Shown here in pieces: positions 1-7,969 of a DNA stretch of 64,000 nt (within the stretch, counting starts at the first letter, position 1; every line of letters starts with the position of its first letter). The position numbers and the translations under genes were made by a program. Origin of the DNA: a virus (lineage: Duplodnaviria; Caudoviricetes); the IMG/VR virus record IMGVR_UViG_3300009037_000003, positions 32,001 through 96,000 of that record. One strand, written 5' to 3'. The notes under the pieces are model-generated. The model saw only the letters and a list, made by a program, of their open reading frames with translations, was not told where the DNA came from and ran no database searches.

Positions 1-2
1 AA

Positions 3-869
3 TACACTGAACCGCCGCCGGGCGGGCTAAGCAATATCGGTGGTTACGAAAATATTAAGGAACACATCCTAATAGATCGCACTTGTTCCACTCAGCAAGC
101 AAATGATTTTGGAATCGAATTTCCAAAAGGATTGATGCTAGTCGGCGTCCCAGGCTGCGGCAAGACGAGAATTGCCGAATGCATCGCGTCAGAATTACAA
201 ATGCCTCTTATTTCGATGGACGTCGGAAATTTAATGAGCAAGTATGTCGGCGATAGCGAAAAAAATATGCGTGACGCCATAAAGATTATTAATCGCGTGT
301 CGCCATGTGTCTTGATGTTGGACGAAATCGAGAAGGGTTTCGGTGGTGCCGGAGATCAGGACGGTGGGGCCAGCCAACGAGTCTTTGGAACATTCTTAAA
401 GTGGCTGAGCGATCGTAAAACATCTGTATATGTCGTTGCAACTGCCAATAGGGTAGAATCATTGCCTCCTGAATTCTGCCGCAAAGGAAGGTTCGACGAA
501 ATCTACGGTCTTGACTTGCCAAACCAAAAAGAACGCGCCGACATCTTCGCTATCCACCTTAAGAAGAGAAACCAAAATGTATCCCTATTTGACCTTGATC
601 GTCTCGCTGCTGATACCGATGGATACACAGGCGCGGATATAGAACAAGCTATCAAGTTAGGGCTAAAGATCGCGTTCATAAATGACAAGACCCTTGATAT
701 GGAGTCTCTTCTAAATGGTATTAAAGATGTAATCCCGCTATCAAAAACAGAAGCAGAAAGGATCACAAAGATCAGAGAATGGTGCAAGCTGCATAGTAAG
801 CAAGCTAGTACCACCAATACGACTAAGTCTGTTGCTTCAAAAATGTCTCGGAAAGTTAGTCTCAATTGA
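3..869 (+). CDS. Ycf46-like AAA+ ATPase (5' truncated by window edge)
   Basis: Frame open to window start (YTEPPPGGLSNIGGYENIK...PKGLMLVGVPGCGKT). Walker A GVPGCGKT, Walker B VLMLDEIEKG, ATAN sensor, RKGRFDEI Arg finger, GYTGADIEQ lid. Confidence 0.9.
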   Translation, partial: YTEPPPGGLSNIGGYENIKEHILIDRTCSTQQANDFGIEFPKGLMLVGVPGCGKTRIAECIASELQMPLISMDVGNLMSKYVGDSEKNMRDAIKIINRVSPCVLMLDEIEKGFGGAGDQDGGASQRVFGTFLKWLSDRKTSVYVVATANRVESLPPEFCRKGRFDEIYGLDLPNQKERADIFAIHLKKRNQNVSLFDLDRLAADTDGYTGADIEQAIKLGLKIAFINDKTLDMESLLNGIKDVIPLSKTEAERITKIREWCKLHSKQASTTNTTKSVASKMSRKVSLN

Positions 870-881
870 AAGAAGGGTATC

Positions 882-1844
882 ATGATTCAGCAAACTACTA
901 AGTTATTCGACAGCGGTTGTCTAGTCAATCTTAAGATTGGTACGTGGTCTGGTAGAAAAATGCTTACACGATCTGACTTAATAGCTATGGGCTATAATCC
1001 GGATAATCTTCCAGAAGAAATTGTTAATCTTGGCCGCAAACTAATGGTCCCAAAGGGAGAGATTCAAGCCATTACGAAGCTTGATCAAAGAGCGAGGAAG
1101 ATTCTAGAAAAGAACTCCGTCCCCTTTGGTATCTCTGGCGCTAAATTCGTCCCCATTAAGTTATTGCCTATGGTAGAAGCTCAGTTTGCCGAATTAAAGG
1201 ATGAGTTTTTCGCTACAGTAGATAGTTTCATTGGTCGATTTGGCGACATGGTTCAGGCTGCTAAAAATTTTCACCCGGAATTTTGGGAAAGATGTCTGAA
1301 GAAGCATTATCCGGCAAATCCGAAAGCGTTGCGAGAGAAATTCCAATTCGGTTGGTTTATTTTCACGATTAGCGGAAGTAGCGATCTAACACAAACAACG
1401 ACAGAACAAGCGGTACAGGACGATAGCCTACGCAAGCAGCGACAAGAAGCGATGGCGAAGGCACTGCAAGAAGAAGCTGAAAATTTTGCTCAAGAATATG
1501 TCGATCTAATGAGAACTAAGACGATCGAGTTCTGTAATCATATGGCGGCTCGTATCAATGGAACACCGTATGGAGATGAAGAATCCGCTAGGAAGATGAC
1601 GGCAAGATCTATTGCATGTTTCAGGAAGCAGATTACTCATTTCAGAGATATGAATATCTTTGACGACGCAGAAATTGAGAAATCCCTAATGGAATTCCAG
1701 AAGACATTCCTTGATCACGGAGTTACCGCTGAAACCTTTAAGTCCGGTAACGTTAAGAGCGCCGTCCTGCAAGCGTTGGATGCTATTAAGTCAAAGGCTA
1801 GCACAGTACTCGGCACATCGCCATCGAGAAAGGTAGTTTTATAA
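882..1844 (+). CDS. DUF3150-like protein
   Basis: LVNLKIGTWSGRKML..., LGRKLMVPK, RARKILEKNSVPF, FVPIKLLP pattern resembles DUF3150; stop overlaps next start. Confidence 0.65.
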   Translation: MIQQTTKLFDSGCLVNLKIGTWSGRKMLTRSDLIAMGYNPDNLPEEIVNLGRKLMVPKGEIQAITKLDQRARKILEKNSVPFGISGAKFVPIKLLPMVEAQFAELKDEFFATVDSFIGRFGDMVQAAKNFHPEFWERCLKKHYPANPKALREKFQFGWFIFTISGSSDLTQTTTEQAVQDDSLRKQRQEAMAKALQEEAENFAQEYVDLMRTKTIEFCNHMAARINGTPYGDEESARKMTARSIACFRKQITHFRDMNIFDDAEIEKSLMEFQKTFLDHGVTAETFKSGNVKSAVLQALDAIKSKASTVLGTSPSRKVVL

Positions 1845-2260
1845 TGAGTCGATTCTGTACAGTTAAGACTGAGTTACGAGATAAAACTGCATTGTTGGCT
1901 GCACTGGCAGAAACAGGACAATGGGCACCTGAGTGGATTGAGTCTCATGATCTTCCTCAGCCTCTGTTCGGTTACCAGGGGGACAAACGAGAGGAAGTAG
2001 CCAATATTATCGTCCGACGAGAACATATCGGCCTTGCCTCTAATGATCTCGGATTTGTCAAAAATCCCGACGGCACATATTCGTCTATCGTTTCGGAGTT
2101 CGACGGGCGACGAATCGACAAGGCCTTTATGGGGCGACTTAAGGCCAATTATGCTTTTCATGTAATCAAGAATCAACAGGAAGCTCTCGGGCGAACAGTC
2201 CAAAGAACTCGCGATCAGAAAACAGGTCGTCAATCGGTGGTAGTGGCCGGATATCGCTAA
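1844..2260 (+). CDS. DUF1257 (Ycf35-like) protein
   Basis: MSRFCTVKTELRDKTALLAAL...NDLGFVKNPDGTYSSIVSEFD typical of DUF1257. Confidence 0.8.
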   Translation: MSRFCTVKTELRDKTALLAALAETGQWAPEWIESHDLPQPLFGYQGDKREEVANIIVRREHIGLASNDLGFVKNPDGTYSSIVSEFDGRRIDKAFMGRLKANYAFHVIKNQQEALGRTVQRTRDQKTGRQSVVVAGYR

Positions 2261-2273
2261 GTGGAGGAAACAT

Positions 2274-3257
2274 ATGATTCTACCGAGAAAACTTTCGTTT
2301 GATAATGTAGCGATAAAGCAGAAAAAGAATATTTGTAGATCTAGGAGCGATGTCGATATCAAGACGACTATCATGCGAGGACTAGTCAGAGAAATCCCTC
2401 TTATCGCAGCTAACATGGAAAGTGTTACGGATCCGCAGTTCTGTATTGATTTGTATAACTATGGCGGTTTCGGGATTCTGCATCGAGCATATTGCAGTCC
2501 TGCCTCTTACACCCAAGCCGTTCGAACGATAGCAGCTGGGATTCCGCACGTCGCCGTGTCTATAGGAGTACAAGAACAAGATAGACTATTGGTCGATCAG
2601 TTGATCAAATATGGCGCTAATGTTATCTGTATAGATATTGCTCACGGGTACTGCGATCCAGTCATCGAAATGTGCAAATATTTGTACCAGCAATATTCGC
2701 ATGTGTCCATTATCGCGGGAAACACTATCTGTACAGATATGCTTGACGAGGTTAATGATTATGTGAGTGCCGTGAAGGTCGGCTGCGGATCTGGCAGCGC
2801 CTGCGAAACGAGTAGCACAGCTGGCTGCACGGAGCCTCAGTTTAATGCTGTTATGAGATTCAAGGAAAGATCTTTAGAACTTGGATTGCCAATCATTTCC
2901 GATGGCGGAATCAGAACACCGTCCGACTTTGTAAAAGCAATCGGAGCAGGTGCTGCTAGTGTAATGGCAGGATCTATATTCTGTCGTTGCCCAGAAAGTG
3001 CAGGTCCAATCGTATATGTGGGAGATGAACCTAAAAAAATGTACTCTGGAATGGCGTCGAGAAATGTTCAGCAAATTTGGAAGGGCGGTCTTAGAAATGG
3101 TTGCCCGGAAGGGAAAACAGTAGTTTTAGATGTCGGTGAAGGTTATAAGGAATTACTTTGCAGATATGCTGGAGCATTGAGGTCTGGCATTACATACGCT
3201 GGCTGCAACAACGTCGATGACTTCAGAACAAATTGTGAATTTGTGGAGATATCGTAG
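2274..3257 (+). CDS. IMP dehydrogenase / GMP reductase family (no CBS domain)
   Basis: PLIAANMESVT, IDIAHG, KVGCGSGSAC (catalytic Cys), IISDGGI, GAASVMAGS, YSGMAS, LRSGITY. Confidence 0.9.
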   Translation: MILPRKLSFDNVAIKQKKNICRSRSDVDIKTTIMRGLVREIPLIAANMESVTDPQFCIDLYNYGGFGILHRAYCSPASYTQAVRTIAAGIPHVAVSIGVQEQDRLLVDQLIKYGANVICIDIAHGYCDPVIEMCKYLYQQYSHVSIIAGNTICTDMLDEVNDYVSAVKVGCGSGSACETSSTAGCTEPQFNAVMRFKERSLELGLPIISDGGIRTPSDFVKAIGAGAASVMAGSIFCRCPESAGPIVYVGDEPKKMYSGMASRNVQQIWKGGLRNGCPEGKTVVLDVGEGYKELLCRYAGALRSGITYAGCNNVDDFRTNCEFVEIS

Positions 3258-3259
3258 AT

Positions 3260-3505
3260 ATGAAGTTATTAATCACGGAGAACGGTGATGTGTTGTGTAT
3301 GTATACGGAGCGAATCGATCTCCCAGAGATCGGACGAATTACCAATATCAAACAAGCTGCCACTATTGTCTTCAACGAAGATAATCAGCGGTGGGAGGTA
3401 CTATTTGAAGGACAAAAGTTGTACGAACACCAAAGCCGCGAAACTGCCGTCAGGTGGGAAGAAGATTACTTCTCAGACAGAATCAATGAATTCTACGGAA
3501 CTTAA
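3260..3505 (+). CDS. small hypothetical protein within the DUF1257/DUF2997 module
   Basis: 81 aa ORF with GGAG RBS; LLITENGDVLCMYTERIDL...RWEV pattern. Confidence 0.6.
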   Translation: MKLLITENGDVLCMYTERIDLPEIGRITNIKQAATIVFNEDNQRWEVLFEGQKLYEHQSRETAVRWEEDYFSDRINEFYGT

Positions 3506-3508
3506 CGT

Positions 3509-3712
3509 ATGTACAAACAAACAAAGCAAATAGTAATTGAAATAGATGAGCAAGGCTACGTATCGTTAGACGGAATTGGTTTCACTGGTCACGAGTGCCA
3601 TGCCTTCCTGTCGGAAATCGAAAACGCACTGGGAAAGAAGATTAGCGACCACAATAAACCATCTCGCGAGCAAAGCGTAACTCGTAAACAAATCAATCGG
3701 GGTATCAATTAG
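3509..3712 (+). CDS. DUF2997 protein
   Basis: IVIEIDEQGYVSLDGIGFTGHECHAFLSEIENALG matches the DUF2997 GF.G..C......E.ALG motif. Confidence 0.8.
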   Translation: MYKQTKQIVIEIDEQGYVSLDGIGFTGHECHAFLSEIENALGKKISDHNKPSREQSVTRKQINRGIN

Positions 3713-3722
3713 GAGAAGATTT

Positions 3723-4187
3723 ATGGCAACGGCATTTAAGCTTGGCTCTTTCCTGTCTGGCCTAACGGTTATCGGAATAGCTAGTCTTTATGGTAGTTCT
3801 CCATGCGAAAAGAATTGCTATGAGAATTTCACCTGGAGATGCAATTTATGCTACAAGACTTACGAAACAGATATCCTCGCATGCACTATGGAAGGCGAAC
3901 CTGATCTTGAAGAATGTTTAGCAGCGGCCGAAACTTCTAGGATAGAATGCGTAGCGCAAACTGGACAAACTCTAGTCGAATGCGTAAACGATTGCAACAA
4001 GTGCGAAGACGAATGTGAAAAAGAATACAACGATCGCAATTGGAACTGCGCCATGACTTATATCAACGCAATGCTCAGTTGCGACCCAAAAGATAAGGAT
4101 TGTTTGGTAGAAGCAGAAAAGGCCTATCAGGAATGTCTGCGGTTATCCAATACCTTGTATCAATCGTGCCTAGAAGAATGTTCCTGA
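3723..4187 (+). CDS. exported Cys-rich two-repeat helical protein
   Basis: AGGAG RBS, N-terminal hydrophobic segment, two Cx3Cx10Cx10C-loop-Cx10Cx10Cx3C repeats. Confidence 0.75.
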   Translation: MATAFKLGSFLSGLTVIGIASLYGSSPCEKNCYENFTWRCNLCYKTYETDILACTMEGEPDLEECLAAAETSRIECVAQTGQTLVECVNDCNKCEDECEKEYNDRNWNCAMTYINAMLSCDPKDKDCLVEAEKAYQECLRLSNTLYQSCLEECS

Positions 4188-4252
4188 AAACATACTAATC
4201 CGTAGATTTTTTACAACTACCTATAGTCCGATAATATCGTTGGGGATAATTA

Positions 4253-4474
4253 ATGAGTGAGGTAAAGGCCAAAGTCACTGGGGAAACAACGGCAGAATGG
4301 CTACTCGACGACAACAATCATGTATATGGTGTTGGTATTCATGTCTGTCTCGTATGCCATCGATGTCAAGGAGCTGGATGTACTGTTACCGACTTGGGGA
4401 TGGGGAAGGAGTGTCAGATGTGTAAAGGACGTAAAAAGATTCTATTTCATGTCTACACTCCTGGGAAGGAATAA
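4253..4474 (+). CDS. small protein with DnaJ-type CxxCxGxG zinc finger
   Basis: CHRCQGAG and CQMCKGRK. Confidence 0.6.
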   Translation: MSEVKAKVTGETTAEWLLDDNNHVYGVGIHVCLVCHRCQGAGCTVTDLGMGKECQMCKGRKKILFHVYTPGKE

Positions 4475-4478
4475 TTGC

Positions 4479-4745
4479 ATGACAGAAAAGAGTAATGTGC
4501 GGAAAAGGGCAACTGTAGGTAAACATTACGTCGTGCTAGAATGCTCTGTCGACAATGGGATTTACGACAAAATAGCGTTGGCCACGAGAAAGGATGGTAA
4601 ATTTGCGATACTGGCTTATGCGATGAACGATCCGTATGACGATGATCCGGAAGTCATTGCCGTAATTGACGAATTGGATGCTATAACGATAAACGAATGG
4701 TTGACAAAAAGAATTAGCGATGGTAAGAACAGGAGAGTGCGATGA
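4479..4745 (+). CDS. hypothetical protein
   Basis: ATG at 4479 after AAGGA, just past the previous stop; ORF track start at 4320 is likely too long. Confidence 0.5.
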   Translation: MTEKSNVRKRATVGKHYVVLECSVDNGIYDKIALATRKDGKFAILAYAMNDPYDDDPEVIAVIDELDAITINEWLTKRISDGKNRRVR

Positions 4746-5056
4746 GATCTGACTGCGAAATAACCTACGAGTCAATTCCGATTCCATACGGACAACTCCC
4801 AATCGGAAATAAGAATGATGTTGAGCCTGGCGACATAGTAACGTGGGAAAATGCGGGCAGCATGCCTATAGGCAGAGTACTTGGTAGAGTAAGAGCCCAT
4901 GACCTTGAAGTTCCATATATTTGTGTAGTCGCCATGATGTCGGACGGAATGACTTGCGAGCGATGGATTCCCGTGCGAAGCTTAACGTCTTGTTCACAAT
5001 GTCCCGATAAGCGACTGTTATGGCTTTTCGGTCCAAAATTTATAATACTCCAATAA
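4742..5056 (+). CDS. hypothetical protein (possible SH3-like fold)
   Basis: ATGA overlap with upstream gene; VEPGDIVTW...GRVLG pattern. Confidence 0.5.
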   Translation: MRSDCEITYESIPIPYGQLPIGNKNDVEPGDIVTWENAGSMPIGRVLGRVRAHDLEVPYICVVAMMSDGMTCERWIPVRSLTSCSQCPDKRLLWLFGPKFIILQ

Positions 5057-5122
5057 ATGTAAGCAGGCGATCTTTCGACCTGACAACGGACCAAATAATC
5101 GCTTCAATCTCAGGAGATTAAA

Positions 5123-5395
5123 ATGTCAGACAGCCCACTTTTCCTCAATCAGGGACAAATACGTGGAGAACCGTTAATTTACTGGGAACGGGATCTGGAC
5201 GGAACAATTTGTAGCTTATTTGTCACCGTCGGTTTGGTTTGTCCGTGGTGCAAAGGACGTGGATACAAAGCGGAAGTTATACCATCGTTGGACGACGTTA
5301 ATTCTGCCAGGACTATTAATTGCCCATGTCTTCGATGCAAAGAAAGTGGAAAACTTAGCATCGATTATCGGGCTATGGCTAGTATTTTTGGATAA
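5123..5395 (+). CDS. small protein with DnaJ-type zinc finger, paralogue of 4253..4474
   Basis: AGGAG RBS; LVCPWCKGRG and CLRCKESG. Confidence 0.6.
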   Translation: MSDSPLFLNQGQIRGEPLIYWERDLDGTICSLFVTVGLVCPWCKGRGYKAEVIPSLDDVNSARTINCPCLRCKESGKLSIDYRAMASIFG

Positions 5396-5498
5396 ATGAT
5401 GATTAACCTAAGTTGTTGTAATCAAAGGACTTGGAAATATTGCATGACGAGAAAAGTTATGTGTCACTAGATCGGTTTGCGATTGTCTAAGATTTGTG

Positions 5499-5526
5499 GA
5501 AAAACTGACTATCGGTTTGGTATTAT
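5499..5526 (+). promoter_or_regulatory. putative promoter gAAAAA-N16-TATTAT
   Basis: Same architecture as sites at 17706, 26406, 37095 and 44926. Confidence 0.5.
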
Positions 5527-5532
5527 GTTAAT

Positions 5533-5985
5533 AATGGGGGGTCTATTCATGTTGCGAGTGCGACATGGACCTAGTTTACTGCTCGATTTCTAGGAAAAAC
5601 TTGTTGATGATTACCCAAAAAGTTCGGCGCGACACCGAATCGCCTTGCATCTCAGATTCGGTTCCCCCTGTCGCTAATCCAGAAATACCGGGTTTCGATA
5701 CACCCGGAAAATCCCGAACGCAGCACCGCTGCGTTTCCAGGCAACGATCCACCCGGCGTCGACCTGGTCTGTATTCCATACGCTACAATAGCCAGCTTGG
5801 GGAGCCAAGCAAGGGAGCGCTGAGACGGCCAGCTTCTGGACAAAACGACGAGATGCGGCAGTTTTTTAATCGCGGACAAAGCGGACTGCTGGAGAGGGTC
5901 GAAAGTATCTGCCTATTAAATATATAAGCTACCCAGATGACTCACCCGGAGAAGAGTTGTATGGAGAAGAATAGGCCGGGGTGCG
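5533..5985 (+). ncRNA. putative structured non-coding RNA or long structured leader, family unknown
   Basis: GC-rich intergenic stretch with stems 5548-55/5560-67 and 5629-41/5655-74, plus 5678-84/5834-40 enclosing 5688-93/5702-07, 5717-24/5728-35, 5737-41/5763-67 and 5795-5800/5805-10. Confidence 0.5.
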
Positions 5986-6001
5986 CGCAGGAGTAAATAG
6001 C

Positions 6002-6562
6002 ATGATGACATACGTAACAGACAGCATGAAAACGGAAATGGCTTCGCATGTTTTAATTCCCGTAGAGGTATCAGACAATTTTAAGCTATACACTTTGAAT
6101 AGACCTGGAACAATAGTTTATTCTGTCTATATCGCTGAGTTTGCCAGAAGATTATGTCTTTCTGGCGATATATGTTTGGGCGGCAATGATCGCGGAATCG
6201 TGTCGTCTCCTGGATACGGGGTTGCGTGGTTTTCTGGGCACTTAGCAGAATCTTATCTGTGTCAAAAATTTCTGAGAGAAGAGTGGCAATGGGACGTAGC
6301 CGTGAGGGGGATTAAACAGCATATCGAGGACGATCGAAACGATGGCGAAGGCTTGTATCTCGAAAACGAACATAAACTAGATGAATTAATCAATAATCAT
6401 TTTTGGGAGTACGATGAACCGAATCAAGCCGAATATTATGAATATATGACAAGCATTGGACACGACGGTTGTGAGCTACCTGGGTTCGACTATCCACGCA
6501 TGCATGCTGGGTGGTTGTGCGCAATTCAACAACGGTTTAGCGAGTTATTTAAACATGGATAA
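6002..6562 (+). CDS. hypothetical phage protein
   Basis: AGGAG RBS at 5989, ATG 6002; overlaps next gene. Confidence 0.6.
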   Translation: MMTYVTDSMKTEMASHVLIPVEVSDNFKLYTLNRPGTIVYSVYIAEFARRLCLSGDICLGGNDRGIVSSPGYGVAWFSGHLAESYLCQKFLREEWQWDVAVRGIKQHIEDDRNDGEGLYLENEHKLDELINNHFWEYDEPNQAEYYEYMTSIGHDGCELPGFDYPRMHAGWLCAIQQRFSELFKHG

Positions 6563-7967
6563 GTTGAAACAGATATTCTCAGAAAAGGGAATTGTTGTTA
6601 GAAAGGGATTAGATATTGGCAAACTTAGTAGGTTACCGAATGCTGTTGTAGAAACACTTTACGAGACACTCGAAAGTAACGACCATGCGGTCAAAGTGGA
6701 GCAAATAGAGTCAATCGTTCAACACTGTTGTTTCTCAAGTGCGCAGAAAGAGTTAGTTAAAAGTATCGTGAGGGAGCGAGGAGAAGCTACTCTTCTTGAC
6801 AGATTGGTATGCAATTTTGACGAGCAACGAGACAACTACTTCGGACGACTCCAGTGTTTGCCAGAATTGGATTTGCGGGTCGAGCAACCTATAATTAACA
6901 CATACGGGAAATATCTTCTGACGACAACAGGTTTGTGGGGTAGCGCCAGATTGACTTACGAGGATATGAAATTCAAAAACAAATACTATCCCTACAACGT
7001 CCTGGAGTTCGTACCACTGCAAACAACAGATATGAGCCTAGACGAGTTTTGTGTCAGAAGAAAAGAGTTCGACACAAATGAATGGATCGATATCCTGATG
7101 GCTACGATGGGCCTATCTACGACAACGATGACTACTGAGCAGAAAATGGTCCATCTACTGCGACTTGTTCCTTATGTCGAAGAAAATGTCAATTTAATCG
7201 AACTTGGTCCGTGTTCGACAGGAAAGACATTCTTATTTCAGAATATTTCGCCACACGGTTTTGTTATTACGGGAAGCCAAACGACAGTGGCTGCTCTTTT
7301 TTACAATAAGCTTAAGAACGAAGTCGGTCCGATCGGGACACGAGATGTGGTCGTGTTCGACGAGGTTTGCGCCGTCGACAATTGGGGTGATCCACAGCTT
7401 TTCAACATGCTTAAATGCTACATGAACGACAAGCAGTTTAGTCGCGGGCATGCCGAAGTAAAATCGTCTTGCTCGCTTTACTTCGTTGGCAACGTCGATT
7501 GCGATACTAAAACCAATTCTTTGTCGCCAAGGGTGAGGAATCTGTTCTCAAAATTCCCGGAAACAATTAATAGAGATGTAGCATTTTTTGACAGGATAAA
7601 CGGAATAGTACCTGGCTGGAAACTATCTCCACTGTCTGCAAACAGCTTTGCGTCCGGTTACGGCTTTAGTAGCAACTACTTTTCTGGCGTCATGCAGCAA
7701 ATGCGATCTGTTGACGTTTCACGTCATTTTGACGGTATTGATTTTGGGAATATGCCCCAACGAACAAAAAAGTCAATTATGAAAATAGCATGCGGATTGT
7801 TAAAGCTTATTTATCCTGATCGATTAAAAGCTGAAAGATCTTCCGACGGCATACAGGTACTGCTAGAAATAGGTCTTTCTTGTCGCAAGTTGTTGATCGA
7901 ACAATTAGCTAGTATTTCGCCGAATGAATTTCGGTCCATGGATTTTACATATAGGAAGGAAACATAA
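6555..7967 (+). CDS. brxL: BrxL-like AAA+ ATPase lacking the C-terminal Lon protease domain
   Basis: N-terminal IVVRKGL; RLVPYVEENVNLIELGPCSTGKT; VVVFDEV; FFDRINGIVPGWKL; ends GLLKLIYPD...EQL...EFRSMDFTY where the Lon domain would start. Confidence 0.8.
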   Translation: MDKLKQIFSEKGIVVRKGLDIGKLSRLPNAVVETLYETLESNDHAVKVEQIESIVQHCCFSSAQKELVKSIVRERGEATLLDRLVCNFDEQRDNYFGRLQCLPELDLRVEQPIINTYGKYLLTTTGLWGSARLTYEDMKFKNKYYPYNVLEFVPLQTTDMSLDEFCVRRKEFDTNEWIDILMATMGLSTTTMTTEQKMVHLLRLVPYVEENVNLIELGPCSTGKTFLFQNISPHGFVITGSQTTVAALFYNKLKNEVGPIGTRDVVVFDEVCAVDNWGDPQLFNMLKCYMNDKQFSRGHAEVKSSCSLYFVGNVDCDTKTNSLSPRVRNLFSKFPETINRDVAFFDRINGIVPGWKLSPLSANSFASGYGFSSNYFSGVMQQMRSVDVSRHFDGIDFGNMPQRTKKSIMKIACGLLKLIYPDRLKAERSSDGIQVLLEIGLSCRKLLIEQLASISPNEFRSMDFTYRKET

Positions 7968-7969
7968 AG

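Noticed and set aside
5407-5520. Imperfect palindrome (5407-5434) and ATCGGTTTG direct repeat (5471, 5511) as operator or origin iterons
   Set aside because: Too short and too few to separate from chance; noted only as context for the structured element.
5565-5927. ORFs 5565..5927 (+), 5576..5779 (-) and 5652..5879 (-)
   Set aside because: No recognisable motifs, atypical Arg/Pro/Ser-rich composition, and overlap with the dense stem-loop region; better explained as non-coding.
5533-5985. RNase P, tmRNA, or group I/II intron identity for the structured region
   Set aside because: Only fragmentary resemblances (CCACCCGG, GACAAAAC, GTGCG, TTCGAC). No P4 pairing, tRNA-like ends, P7 core or domain V could be built.
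6555-7967. Complete BREX defence system
   Set aside because: No brxA, brxB, brxC, pglX or pglZ in the window.
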